A stretch of DNA of 64,000 bases. Source: Dehalococcoidia bacterium. GTDB lineage: Bacteria > Chloroflexota > Dehalococcoidia > Lucifugimonadales > JAGWBF01. This document shows, piece after piece, positions 26,949 through 36,896 of this stretch. Each line of letters begins with the position of its first letter. Within the stretch, counting starts at the first letter, position 1. Where the stretch lies: NCBI GenBank assembly GCA_965219565.1, contig OZ244780.1:479765-543764 (forward strand), read 5' to 3'. Made by a program: the position numbers and the translations under genes. The notes below the pieces were generated by a model that did no database searches, had not been told where the DNA came from, and was given only the letters and a program-made list of their open reading frames with translations.

Positions 26949-28097
26949 ATGAAACATAGCTCCAGACCCGTAACCGTGTTGACCAGCGCCGCAGGACTGT
27001 CCGAGGCTGTGAGGCACGCATACGACCATCCCTGTGTCGCCGTTGACATAGAGTCCAACGGTTTCCACAGGTACCCTGAGCATATTTGCCTGGTCCAGCT
27101 TGCGGTCGACGAGTCCGTGTACATCGTCGACCCCCTGGCCATCGACGACATGAGTCCATTGGGACAGCTGCTGGCGGACGACAGGGTAGAGAAGGTCATG
27201 CATTCGGCGGACTACGACCTCCGGAGCCTGGACCGCGACTGGGGATTCCATACGGCAGCGTTGTTCGACACCAGCATAGCCGCTGCGTTTCTGGGCTCGG
27301 CCAGGCTGGGACTGGCGGCGGTGCTGGAAGAACATCTGGGCGTAGAAGTGACCAAGACCAAAAGTATGCAGAGGTCGGACTGGACCAGGCGTCCGTTGAG
27401 CGGCGAGTCGTTGGAGTATGCTGCGGACGACGTCCGGCATCTGGCGGCCCTGAGGGATGAGCTTGCTGCGAACCTGGCCAAGCTCTCCAGGCTGGGGTGG
27501 GTGCAAGAAGAATGTGAGCGCCTGAGCCGGGTCCGCAGCCAGGCGCCCGACCCGGAGTGGGCCTTTCTGTCAGTCAAAGGACGTTCGGCGCTGGACGCCC
27601 GGGGACTGGCAGTCCTCCGCTCATTGCACCGGTTCAGGGAGCGGGAAGCCCTGAGACGGAACACGCCGCCCTTCAAGATAATATCGAACGGGAAGCTGGT
27701 GGAATTGGCGGGCTCGCCTGAGCGGGACCTTGCCGCCGTAGGGGGGCTGGGACGGTTTGGACGCGGCGCGGACATGGGGCGTCTCCGTGCGGCCATTCAC
27801 GAAGGGTTGAAGGAGGGTCCGGTGAGGCTTCCCAAACGTGGGACGCCGGACACGCCCCGGCTGGCGCCTCGGGAACGGGACCAGGTTGCCGCACGCCTCC
27901 AGAAGCTGAAGGACTGGCGGGCGGACAAGGGCGCCGCTTTGGGCATAGACTCCCCTCTGGTCTGGCCTGCCGTCAGCCTGGAACGGATAGCCCGGCTGCC
28001 CCAATCGCTGGAGGAGGAAATAGCCGGCCCGGACGTGCGTTCCTGGCAGGCCGGGGAGTTTGGGGCCTCCCTGGGAAAGCTGGTCGCCAGCCTATGA
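26949..28097 (+). CDS. rnd: Ribonuclease D (DEDDy exonuclease + HRDC)
   Basis: AVDIESN, HSADYD, FDTSIAA, QRSDWTRRPL, YAADDV, HRDC REREA.RRNTPPFKI. Confidence 0.9.
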   Translation: MKHSSRPVTVLTSAAGLSEAVRHAYDHPCVAVDIESNGFHRYPEHICLVQLAVDESVYIVDPLAIDDMSPLGQLLADDRVEKVMHSADYDLRSLDRDWGFHTAALFDTSIAAAFLGSARLGLAAVLEEHLGVEVTKTKSMQRSDWTRRPLSGESLEYAADDVRHLAALRDELAANLAKLSRLGWVQEECERLSRVRSQAPDPEWAFLSVKGRSALDARGLAVLRSLHRFREREALRRNTPPFKIISNGKLVELAGSPERDLAAVGGLGRFGRGADMGRLRAAIHEGLKEGPVRLPKRGTPDTPRLAPRERDQVAARLQKLKDWRADKGAALGIDSPLVWPAVSLERIARLPQSLEEEIAGPDVRSWQAGEFGASLGKLVASL

Positions 28098-28138
28098 GTG
28101 CAACCCGCCATTCCGGCGGAGGCCTTTTGGAATCGACA

Positions 28139-28166
28139 GTAGGGGCGACCGGCCGGTCGCCCCTAC
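28139..28166. repeat. GTAG-type REP palindrome
   Basis: Perfect 28-bp palindrome gtaggggcgaccgg|ccggtcgcccctac. Confidence 0.8.
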
Positions 28167-28176
28167 GACTGTTGTC

Positions 28177-28252
28177 TGGCAGGAGCGGGAGGACTCGAAC
28201 CCCCGACATCCGGTTTTGGAGACCGGCGCTCTACCAACTGAGCTACGCTCCT
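28177..28252 (-). tRNA. tRNA-Trp(CCA)
   Basis: aggagcgtagctcagttggtagagcgccggtct-cca-aaaccgg...gttcgagtc...gcca cloverleaf with encoded CCA end. Confidence 0.97.
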
Positions 28253-28255
28253 ATA

Positions 28256-28333
28256 TGGTACCCCTGGAGGGACTCGAACCCCCGACGCGCGACTTAGGAC
28301 GCCGCCGCTCTATCCAGGCTGAGCTACAGGGGC
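28256..28333 (-). tRNA. tRNA-Arg(CCT)
   Basis: gcccctgtagctcagcctggatagagcggcggc-gt-cct-aa-gtcgc...gttcgagtccctccaggggtacca. Confidence 0.93.
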
Positions 28334-28447
28334 ATGGGCCGGGCCAACGGTGCCCATATCGGACTGTCCGTATCGTTAGTTTCATTCTAGCAGGGAGACC
28401 GTGGGGATTCCAGTGCACCCGTATCGGAAACCGGTCCCTCCCCTCCA

Positions 28448-28515
28448 TCATGCCGGCGGAGGCCGGTATCCAGGAATCTATTGTCCAACCGAGGCCCTTC
28501 GACAAGCTCAAGGGG
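28448..28515 (+). repeat. Two degenerate dispersed palindromic repeats
   Basis: tcatgccggcggaggccggtatccag (GTCATxCCGGC..AGGCCGGxATCCAG type) and cccttcgacaagctcaagggg. Confidence 0.5.
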
Positions 28516-28686
28516 AAGGGGCCTGTCTATCACTGCGCCCTCCCAGCATCGCCTCCAGTGACCGCCCTCCGCCGTCCGGTTTTCGTCGAATCCGTACGCC
28601 TGTCACGTTGACAGAGCTTTCTCTGAAAGGCAGGAATAGACAGATTGTTTTCCGCCGAATATCGGCGCCACGAAATCAGGTGTTAG

Positions 28687-31600
28687 ATGCATAACATATC
28701 GTCTTTCTCAGTAATCGCAAAAGCAGGTCTTCTAGTCGGTGTCATGCTGGCCCTTTTCCTGCTGTCGTCTAGTTTATATGACTATGCGCACGCCCGAACA
28801 ACGACGACGGAGACGATAAACTACGCGGAGGGGCTCACTAGTCCAGTGACGGCTTACACTGCGTTGGACCCTGAAGGGGATACGGTCGTGTGGTCGTTGT
28901 CAGGGACCGACGCCGGCGACTTCGAAATCACAGGCGGAGCGCTCACCTTCGAAAACACACCTGACTATGAAAACCCGGTTGACGACGACCCGGACAACAT
29001 CTATGAAGTGACGGTGCAAGCCGCCGACGGATCGCTAGACCCTACCACCGAGTCCTTGATCGTCAATGTGATTAACGTGGACGAGGATGGGGATGTAACC
29101 CTGTCTGCGTTGCAACCACAGGAAGAAACTCCATTGACAGCCACGCTGACAGATGCCGACAACATTGTTTCCAACACTACCAAATGGCGGTGGTCCAGGT
29201 CCTCATCCAAGACCGGGACCTTCACTAACATCGCTGGCGCCATAAACTTCACGCCCGACGTGTCACACACCTACATCCCTAAGGTAGATGACGTGGGCAT
29301 GTACCTGCGAGCTACGGCTACCTACGATGACGGGGAAGGCGAAGGCAAGACGGCGCACATGGTCTCGGACAATCCGGTGCGGGCTGAACCCTATGAGAAT
29401 GCAGCCCCCGTGTTCAAGAACGTTTATGACGAAGAGATAACCGGCGACATCGAAAGAAGTGTGGCGGAGGACGCCAGCCCGGGCGACCCCGTGGGAGACC
29501 CGGTTGTGGCCACCGACGACGCCCGAGACGTCTTGACATATACCCTGGGCGGGGCGAATGCGAGTTCGTTCGACATCGACAGCGGGACAGGCCAAATCAA
29601 GGTGGGCGCCGGTGTAACCTTGGACGCCGAAACGGACGACAGCTATACCGTTACGGTTACGGCCACTGACCCACCTGGAGACGATGACGAAATCACGGTG
29701 ACCATCGCGGTCACCGACGTGGATGAAGTGCCGATGATAACAGCGGGAGATACGGCAATAGGCTATCCGGAGAACGGGACGAACCAGGTGGGCGTCGACT
29801 ACATAGCTACAGACCCAGAGGACGATAACACCCCGGTGAGATGGTCGTTGTCGGGCGCCGACGGAGGCAAGTTCTCCATAGACGCCAGTGGGGTTCTCAC
29901 CTTCGAGACGGCTCCCGACTTCGAGGCCGAGGACGACGCCAATTCAAACAACATATACGAAGTAACGGTGACGGCCACTGACAGCACGGGCAACACCGCT
30001 TCCCGTGACGTGACCGTCAACGTCACCAACGTGGAAGAGCAAGGAACAGTAACCCTGTCGACGTTGCAACCTGAGGCTGGGACCGAGTTGATGGCGAAGC
30101 TCACCGACCCTGACGATTCCATATCAGGTCTCAAGTGGGAGTGGTCTAGGGGTGCCAATGTAATCCCTGCCGCCACCTCGGCTGTCTACACTCCGGTCAA
30201 CGAGGATGAGACGTTGACCCTGACGGTGAAGGCGACCTACACCGACGGACACGGCGGGAACAAGATGGCTTCAGCGAGTTCGGACAATCCGGTGAAGCAG
30301 AAGGATACCACCAACCTACCCCCTAAGTTTCCCGACCAGGACCCGGACAGGGATGGAGACCAGAGCAGTTCGACGTCCAGGTCCGTGGCGGAGAACACGG
30401 CCGCCGGTCAGCCTGTGGGCGTGGATGACCCGGTTGAGGCTGAGGACTGTGATACAGACCCTAAGGTCGACCCACCGCCCCCTTGCACTACCAACTCAGA
30501 CCTTCTGACCTACTCACTGGAAGGCCGGGATCGGACTTCGTTCAACATTGGCAGGTCGGATGGCCAACTGACGACGAAGGCCGCTCTGGACTATGAGACC
30601 AAGAGGAGCTACACCGTCACGGTCAAGGCCACTGACCCGACCAACGCAAGCGACACGATTTCCGTCACCATCACGGTGATCGACGTGCCTGAGGCGCCCG
30701 TGATCAGCGGAGACAGCCCAGGAACTTACGCTGAGAATGGCAAGGCCACCGTAGCTGCTTTCACAGCCAGGGACCCTGAAAGGGACTCAGTTACGTGGAC
30801 GTTGGCGGGAACTGACGTAGACGACTTCACTATCACAAATGGAACGCTCCGGTTCATTAGCCCACCCGACTTCGAGGACGCCAAGGACGCGAACACCGAC
30901 AACACATACGCGGTAACTGTGCAGGCCAGCGACGGCGGGCAGGCCACCACCTCTCGGAAAGAGATAACAGTTACCGTCCTCAACGTGAACGAGCCGGGCA
31001 CGGTAGACCTGACCACGTTGCAGCCAAAGGACGAGGTCCCTGTAACGGCTAGTCTGACCGACCCTGACGGATCACCTACGGGTGATCCTATGTGGCAATG
31101 GGCCCAGTCCTCGTCCAGGACAGGGACCTTCACCAACATTAGGAACGCCACGAACGCTACTTATACGCCGGTTGGAGGAGATAACCCGGGTACACCGGTT
31201 GTCGAAGTGAGCGACGTGGGCAAGTACCTGAGGGCGACGGTGACCTACAAAGACCCACAGAGCGACAGGGTCACCAAGACCGCGTTCAAGGTCTCGACCA
31301 ACGCCGTCCTAAAGAAGGACTACGTCAACACAGCCCCCGTGTTCCCGGACCAGGACTCTGACATGCCAGAAGACCAGAGCGAGACGACGACTAGAAGCAT
31401 ACCGGAGAACGCGGCTCCGAATTCCGCCGTGGGCGCCCCGGTTGTGGCTACGGACATGGGCGAAACCCGGCTGGAGGTGTTGACCTACACTCTATTGGAT
31501 AATGAAGAGGCGGACAGCGACAATGACGCCGCTACTCCCACCAATATGGATGGCGACTCAACCAAGTTCTCCATAGACACGCGGGGTCAAATCCGCGTGG

Positions 31601-34179
31601 GGCGGGGAACGACACTGGACTGCGAGGACGGCAACAATGCTGACCGCCAATATGTGGTCGATGTTACGGCCACCGACCCAGGGGGTATGAGCGACAAGAT
31701 CACCGTTACTATCAACGTCACCAACGTGGACGAGGCCCCTACGATCGCGGCGGCGACTGAGAACGATGGACATACGGCCAAAGACCATGCTGAGGACACG
31801 CCTGACACTACAGCGGTGTCCACCTACTCAGCGACCGACCCTGAGGATGACAGTGCTATCCCTCGAAAACAGTTGAAGTGGTCGTTGTCCGGAAACGACG
31901 CCGATCTCTTTTGCATCGGCAATGGCAGCGATCGCGACGGAGACTTCGACCGGGGCCACCTCAGATTCAAGGCTGTGCCCAACTTCGAAGCCCCGATGGA
32001 CGCCGGCCATAACAACAGGTACAACGTAACGGTTGTAGTTACCGACAGCCGGGGAAACACGGCAACGCGGGACGTAGTCGTCAGCGTCACCAACGTGGAC
32101 GAACCCGGTGTGATAACCCTGTCGACGGAACAGCCGGAGGATGGAGTCAGATTGTCCGCTGTTTTGGACGACCCTGACGGACGCGCGACCAGCGTCAGGT
32201 GGAAATGGTGGAGGGTCACGACTGCGGGGGATGATCCTGATGTTGAGCAGGACGGCGGTTGGGAAGAGATTGATAGGGCCACGTCAGCAACTTACCAGCC
32301 GGTCGCAGCTGATCAGGGAAGATACTTGCGTGTGACGGTCACATACAAGGACCCTCAGAGTACTACTGAAGACAAGCCAGCTCGTGAGAAGTCGGCAAAT
32401 GAGGTGCAGGGACCGGACACCAACAATAAACCCCCCGAGTTCCCTGACCAGGACCCTAACAAAGTTGGCGACCAAAAGGACCAAACAAGAGAAGTGAAGG
32501 AGGACGCGGTCTACGGCGCAGTGGCGCCCGCGACCCTGGGTGAAGTGGGCGAACCGGTTGAGGCTGAAGACTGTGACGCCGCCGCCAGTTGCACGGACCA
32601 AAACTCCGATAACCTGACCTACTCGTTGGGCGGCACGGACTCGTCGTCGTTCATCATCGTCAGGGGCACGGGACAGATACAGGTGGCTCCAGGGGTGAAG
32701 CTGGACTACGAGACGAAACAGACCTACACCGTCACCGTCACGGCCACGGACCCGTCCTTTACGGGCACAAACCCGTCCAACGCCAGGGACACCATTTCGG
32801 TGACCATCACGGTCACCGACGTGAACGAGGTGCCGACGCTTTCGAAGCGGGCCCTAGTGATATCGGGCAGGTCGAACATCGACCACCCTGAAAATGACAG
32901 GAACACGGTGGCGACCTACACGGCGGCCGGTCCGCAGGCAACCAGGGTTTCCTGGTCGTTGCTGGGAGACGACGCCGGCGACTTCTCCATATCCGGCGGA
33001 AGGTTGACCTTCAGGGGCACGCCGAACTACGAGAGCCCGGCGGACCGGAACACGGACAACTCGTACCACGTAACGGTAAGAGCTACAGGCGGCGGCTTCA
33101 CCGCCACGCGAGCAGTGACCGTGAGAGTCACCAACCTGGACGAGACCGGCGCCGTGAGCCTGTCGTCGACGCGGGCCGCGGTTGGAATTGAGCTGACGGC
33201 CACATTGACCGACCCGGACGGCAGGTCCGGCGACACCCCTCCCATCACCGGAACGGCGACGGACTTGACTGACGACGCCGCGTGGATATGGGAGAAGTCC
33301 CCGGACGGCTCCACCGGCTGGGCCAGCATCGCCGGGGCTAATTCGAACACCTACACGCCTGACACGGACGACGTGGGGTCTTACCTCAGGGCGACTGCTA
33401 ATTACACAGACGGACAAGGTTTCGGCAAGAGCGAGCAGGATGAGACCGGCAGAGTCACCGCCGTGAGGCCTGACGGGCGCGTAACCCTGTCGTCGTCACG
33501 GCCGGAGGTCGGCCTCGACCTGACGGCTTCGGTCAGCGACCCTGACGGCGGCGTAACCGGGCTGACTTGGCAGTGGGCGAGGTCCGCGGACGGGTCGACG
33601 GGCTGGGGTGACATATTCGGCGCCACGTCGGCCACCTACACGCCCGATGCGTCGGACCTGGGCGACTATCTGCGGGCGACGGCGACCTACACCGACAATG
33701 AAGCCTCGGGCCAGACCGCCGAGAGGGTGAGCGGCGTGGTTATCGCCGTGCAACCAGATGGGACAGTGACCCTGTCGTCGACGCAGCCGTCGGTGGGAAC
33801 GTCGGTGACGGCCACACTGAACGACCCCGACGGCGGCGTGACCGGACTCACGTGGCAGTGGGCCAGGTCCCCGAACGGGACCACTGGCTGGACCAACATA
33901 TCGGGAGCCACGTCAGACGCCTATTTGCCTGTTGCCGCCGACGATGGCATGTACCTGCGGGCGACGGCGCGCTACACCGACGCGCAGGCCTCCGGCCAGA
34001 CCGCCAGCGTCGTCAGCGGCAGCGTAGGGGGCGAGGCAGACATAGTCGACGAATATGACGCCGATGGCAATGGCGAGATTGAACGGCATGAGGCCGTCGC
34101 GGCAGTTAACGACTACTTCGACGACCGTATCACAAGAGAGCAGGTCATAAGGGTCATCCAGGCCTATCTCTCCAGCTAG
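28687..34179 (+). CDS. Giant secreted cadherin/Ig-like repeat adhesin with C-terminal EF-hand/dockerin-like motif
   Basis: N-terminal hydrophobic segment; repeated PD(Y/F)E, LDYE, V.NVDE, ATD cadherin motifs and LTDPDG..W.W...TYTP..D.G.YLRATATY Ig-like units; C-terminal YDADGNGEIE. Confidence 0.92.
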   Translation: MHNISSFSVIAKAGLLVGVMLALFLLSSSLYDYAHARTTTTETINYAEGLTSPVTAYTALDPEGDTVVWSLSGTDAGDFEITGGALTFENTPDYENPVDDDPDNIYEVTVQAADGSLDPTTESLIVNVINVDEDGDVTLSALQPQEETPLTATLTDADNIVSNTTKWRWSRSSSKTGTFTNIAGAINFTPDVSHTYIPKVDDVGMYLRATATYDDGEGEGKTAHMVSDNPVRAEPYENAAPVFKNVYDEEITGDIERSVAEDASPGDPVGDPVVATDDARDVLTYTLGGANASSFDIDSGTGQIKVGAGVTLDAETDDSYTVTVTATDPPGDDDEITVTIAVTDVDEVPMITAGDTAIGYPENGTNQVGVDYIATDPEDDNTPVRWSLSGADGGKFSIDASGVLTFETAPDFEAEDDANSNNIYEVTVTATDSTGNTASRDVTVNVTNVEEQGTVTLSTLQPEAGTELMAKLTDPDDSISGLKWEWSRGANVIPAATSAVYTPVNEDETLTLTVKATYTDGHGGNKMASASSDNPVKQKDTTNLPPKFPDQDPDRDGDQSSSTSRSVAENTAAGQPVGVDDPVEAEDCDTDPKVDPPPPCTTNSDLLTYSLEGRDRTSFNIGRSDGQLTTKAALDYETKRSYTVTVKATDPTNASDTISVTITVIDVPEAPVISGDSPGTYAENGKATVAAFTARDPERDSVTWTLAGTDVDDFTITNGTLRFISPPDFEDAKDANTDNTYAVTVQASDGGQATTSRKEITVTVLNVNEPGTVDLTTLQPKDEVPVTASLTDPDGSPTGDPMWQWAQSSSRTGTFTNIRNATNATYTPVGGDNPGTPVVEVSDVGKYLRATVTYKDPQSDRVTKTAFKVSTNAVLKKDYVNTAPVFPDQDSDMPEDQSETTTRSIPENAAPNSAVGAPVVATDMGETRLEVLTYTLLDNEEADSDNDAATPTNMDGDSTKFSIDTRGQIRVGRGTTLDCEDGNNADRQYVVDVTATDPGGMSDKITVTINVTNVDEAPTIAAATENDGHTAKDHAEDTPDTTAVSTYSATDPEDDSAIPRKQLKWSLSGNDADLFCIGNGSDRDGDFDRGHLRFKAVPNFEAPMDAGHNNRYNVTVVVTDSRGNTATRDVVVSVTNVDEPGVITLSTEQPEDGVRLSAVLDDPDGRATSVRWKWWRVTTAGDDPDVEQDGGWEEIDRATSATYQPVAADQGRYLRVTVTYKDPQSTTEDKPAREKSANEVQGPDTNNKPPEFPDQDPNKVGDQKDQTREVKEDAVYGAVAPATLGEVGEPVEAEDCDAAASCTDQNSDNLTYSLGGTDSSSFIIVRGTGQIQVAPGVKLDYETKQTYTVTVTATDPSFTGTNPSNARDTISVTITVTDVNEVPTLSKRALVISGRSNIDHPENDRNTVATYTAAGPQATRVSWSLLGDDAGDFSISGGRLTFRGTPNYESPADRNTDNSYHVTVRATGGGFTATRAVTVRVTNLDETGAVSLSSTRAAVGIELTATLTDPDGRSGDTPPITGTATDLTDDAAWIWEKSPDGSTGWASIAGANSNTYTPDTDDVGSYLRATANYTDGQGFGKSEQDETGRVTAVRPDGRVTLSSSRPEVGLDLTASVSDPDGGVTGLTWQWARSADGSTGWGDIFGATSATYTPDASDLGDYLRATATYTDNEASGQTAERVSGVVIAVQPDGTVTLSSTQPSVGTSVTATLNDPDGGVTGLTWQWARSPNGTTGWTNISGATSDAYLPVAADDGMYLRATARYTDAQASGQTASVVSGSVGGEADIVDEYDADGNGEIERHEAVAAVNDYFDDRITREQVIRVIQAYLSS

Positions 34180-34222
34180 AGGTCCCGCGAGAAGGGAATC
34201 CCGCAGCGCATAACGGACAACG

Positions 34223-34251
34223 TATGGGGGCGACCAGAGGTCGTCCCCATA
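34223..34251 (+). terminator. Terminator / REP-like hairpin
   Basis: tatgggggcgacc-aga-ggtcgtccccata followed by tgtttc; core resembles REP at 28139. Confidence 0.6.
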
Positions 34252-34536
34252 TGTTTCTACGCCCGGTTAGTTGAAAACAAATAACGTGGCAAGCTCCCCT
34301 ATCGGGGGCCTTCGACGTTTATCGTGACGATATCCACGTCGTGATACTTCTGGTGGCGCACCGACGAAGCGTAATGACGCAAGAGTCGGAACGATATCTC
34401 CCGTCCGTCCCGTATATCCGGCGTTTCCCCCAGATATCCCTGACGGAGTTCTAGATGGTTCGCGGCTCCTCATGGAGAAAATATTTTCTGTCATGATTAC
34501 GCATCGGTATACTCCGGTACGAACGGAGAGGATACT

Positions 34537-34689
34537 ATGGCCAGTGAGGCAAACAACACTCGGTTGCGGAGGGCCTATAAAGCCAGGCGACTAGAAGCCT
34601 TCCGACCAGCAATCGACTTTGGAAGAAAGGGCGGCTGCGGTGGGCGGAATCGGGACGACAGCCGAGCAAGCGCCATAGAAGAGGCGTGA
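34537..34689 (+). CDS. Possible 50-aa basic small protein
   Basis: RBS GGAGAGGA; MASEANNTRLRRAYKARRLEAFRPAIDFGRKGG...; no recognised family. Confidence 0.3.
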   Translation: MASEANNTRLRRAYKARRLEAFRPAIDFGRKGGCGGRNRDDSRASAIEEA

Positions 34690-34934
34690 CTATTCGGGCG
34701 ACGGCTGTTGTAACGACCCAAACAGATAAACAGTCGGGACCTGCGACCACTCACATCACCTGAGTTCGGCGGCATTAGGAAGTTAACGGGAGTCAGGCTG
34801 TAGGACGCCCTCAGAGACTGTATGAATGTCGCAAAGTCCGTTATAGTACTCCATGGGGTTCCAAGGACCCTGCTAATCCATCATCCCACTCGACAAGGAA
34901 GCGCCGGACCAACCTCATCGTCAGGAGGAAGTGC

Positions 34935-36194
34935 ATGTTGCGATACATCTACCGTAAATCGCTCTTCGGACTTTGGCTGACTCTGGTCTCAGCGTCGTTG
35001 TTGTTTCTGGCGGCTTGCGGCTCAGACCCGACGTCGACCCCAGTTGCCCCGACCGCAACCCCCACTGTTGAGCCCACTCCTGAGCCGACGGCTACACCCC
35101 CTGGCGAGCCTTTCGTGATTGGCGTCATGGACGCTTTGACCGGGGTCGCTGAGGCCTACGGGGACCCCTTGCTTAAGTCCAAGCTCCTTGCCATGGAGGA
35201 AATCAACGCTGCGGGTGGGATCAATGGCAGGAAGCTGGAACTCATCGTAGAGGACTCCAAATGCGCCGCTCAGGACGCGATCACCGCTTACAACAAGCTG
35301 ACTGATGTGGACGGCGTGAAAATTATTTTGGGAACCACTTGCAGCGGCGCGATGCTCGGGATCGCTCCCCTGGCCGAGAAGGAGGGAGTAGTCCTTCTTT
35401 CGCCATCCGCCACCAGCCCTGACATTGCCGGCGCTGGAGACTACATCTTCCGTACGGCCATCAACGACCTTCAGTTGGGCATTGACACCGGCAACACCCT
35501 TTGGGTGGACGGGATGCGCAGGATCGTTACGATCACCGAGGCCACGGACTACGCCGAGGGCGCTCGCCGCACTTCCGTCGCTCAATTCGAGAAGCTGGGT
35601 GGCTCCGTGGCGGCGGGAGAAAGCTACTCATCCGACGTGATCGACTTCCGGAGCCAGCTTACCAAGCTGATCAATGAAGACCCGGACGCTCTGCTCCTGT
35701 CAGCACAGGGTACGGCTTCAGGGGGTTCCATAATGAAGCAAGCTCGTGAGCTTGGCTACGACGGTCCAATCTACTCCGAATCAGTGCCCACTTCCCCCGA
35801 TGCTCTCAGCATCGCCGGCGACGCGGCCACCGGCCTGAAAGCCATAGTCCCCAACCCCGACCTGTCCAGCGCAACTGGTAAGGAGTTCCTGGCGAATTTT
35901 CAAGCTCGCTTCGGGGCCGTAGCGCCGTTCCCATGGTTCCAGGGTTCGGCCTACGACGATGTCTACATTGCCGCCGAGTGCCTGAAACAGACCAACGACG
36001 ACCAGGACGCCGACGGCTTCCGGGACTGTCTGTACAACCTTACCTGGAGTGGAGCGGTCGGTGACAACTACAGCTTTGACGAAAACGGCGACGCTGTCGG
36101 ACTGTACAACGTATTGATCGAAGTGCTCCCCACCGCCGAACGAACTGAGGAGAATTTGGGCTACCGTGTGCTAGGACCCGCTCCTACACCGTAG
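34935..36194 (+). CDS. Branched-chain amino-acid-type ABC transporter substrate-binding lipoprotein
   Basis: Lipobox LAAC, P/T linker, EEINAAGGINGRKLELIVED, GDYIFRT. Confidence 0.92.
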   Translation: MLRYIYRKSLFGLWLTLVSASLLFLAACGSDPTSTPVAPTATPTVEPTPEPTATPPGEPFVIGVMDALTGVAEAYGDPLLKSKLLAMEEINAAGGINGRKLELIVEDSKCAAQDAITAYNKLTDVDGVKIILGTTCSGAMLGIAPLAEKEGVVLLSPSATSPDIAGAGDYIFRTAINDLQLGIDTGNTLWVDGMRRIVTITEATDYAEGARRTSVAQFEKLGGSVAAGESYSSDVIDFRSQLTKLINEDPDALLLSAQGTASGGSIMKQARELGYDGPIYSESVPTSPDALSIAGDAATGLKAIVPNPDLSSATGKEFLANFQARFGAVAPFPWFQGSAYDDVYIAAECLKQTNDDQDADGFRDCLYNLTWSGAVGDNYSFDENGDAVGLYNVLIEVLPTAERTEENLGYRVLGPAPTP

Positions 36195-36278
36195 CCCTTC
36201 CAGTTCCCTGCAATGACAGCGTGACCCAGGCGCTTCTGCTCTGGACTGTGGGTTACTACTTGACGCTCGTTGCATTGT

Positions 36279-36776
36279 TTAGGTGGGGGTGACCTCGTTG
36301 AGCCGCCCGGTGGCACAGTCGTACACGAAGCCGCGGACCTGGTCCTTCACGGGAATGAAGGGGTTGGCTTGGATGCGGGCGATGGATTGTCGGATATCCT
36401 GTTCCAGGTTTCCGAACGCTTCCAGCGCGAAGGAAGGCCGGAGACCGGTGTCGGCCTCTATCGAATCCTTTACGTCATCATCCCGGAAGGTTAGCATGCC
36501 GCAGTCCGTGTGGTGAATCAACACTATTTCGCGGGTGCCCAGAAGACGCTGCGAAATCACCAGCGAACGGATTGCGTCGTCGCTAACCACACCTCCCGCA
36601 TTGCGTATTACGTGGGCGTCCCCTTCTGCCAAGCCTAACAGCTTGTGAGTGTCGAGCCGGGCGTCCATGCATGCCACCACCGCCAGACCCCGTCCGGGCG
36701 GCAAAGGTAAATCGCCTTTGTCGAAGCTCTCAGCGTAGCGAGCGTTGTTCTCCAACAGTTCATCCGTTTCCGACAC
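36279..36776 (-). CDS. Beta-class carbonic anhydrase
   Basis: CMDARL, RNAGG, HHTDCG zinc ligands. Confidence 0.95.
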   Translation of the reverse strand: MSETDELLENNARYAESFDKGDLPLPPGRGLAVVACMDARLDTHKLLGLAEGDAHVIRNAGGVVSDDAIRSLVISQRLLGTREIVLIHHTDCGMLTFRDDDVKDSIEADTGLRPSFALEAFGNLEQDIRQSIARIQANPFIPVKDQVRGFVYDCATGRLNEVTPT

Positions 36777-36896
36777 AGTAACCTCCTTGTAAGACTATGA
36801 TAACCAACCCGGATTGCGACATTCTAACAATCTCGTAAAAGGCAGTGTCAACAAACTGAGGGTGTTGTGCCGTTGCTGGCACGACTTGGGATATAT

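Noticed and set aside
28177-28333. tRNAs as the integration site of the island
   Set aside because: No duplicated tRNA 3' end noticed elsewhere in the window and no adjacent integrase
36841-36860. ggcagtgtcaacaaac as an IS-like end marking the island border
   Set aside because: No convincing matching inverted partner found
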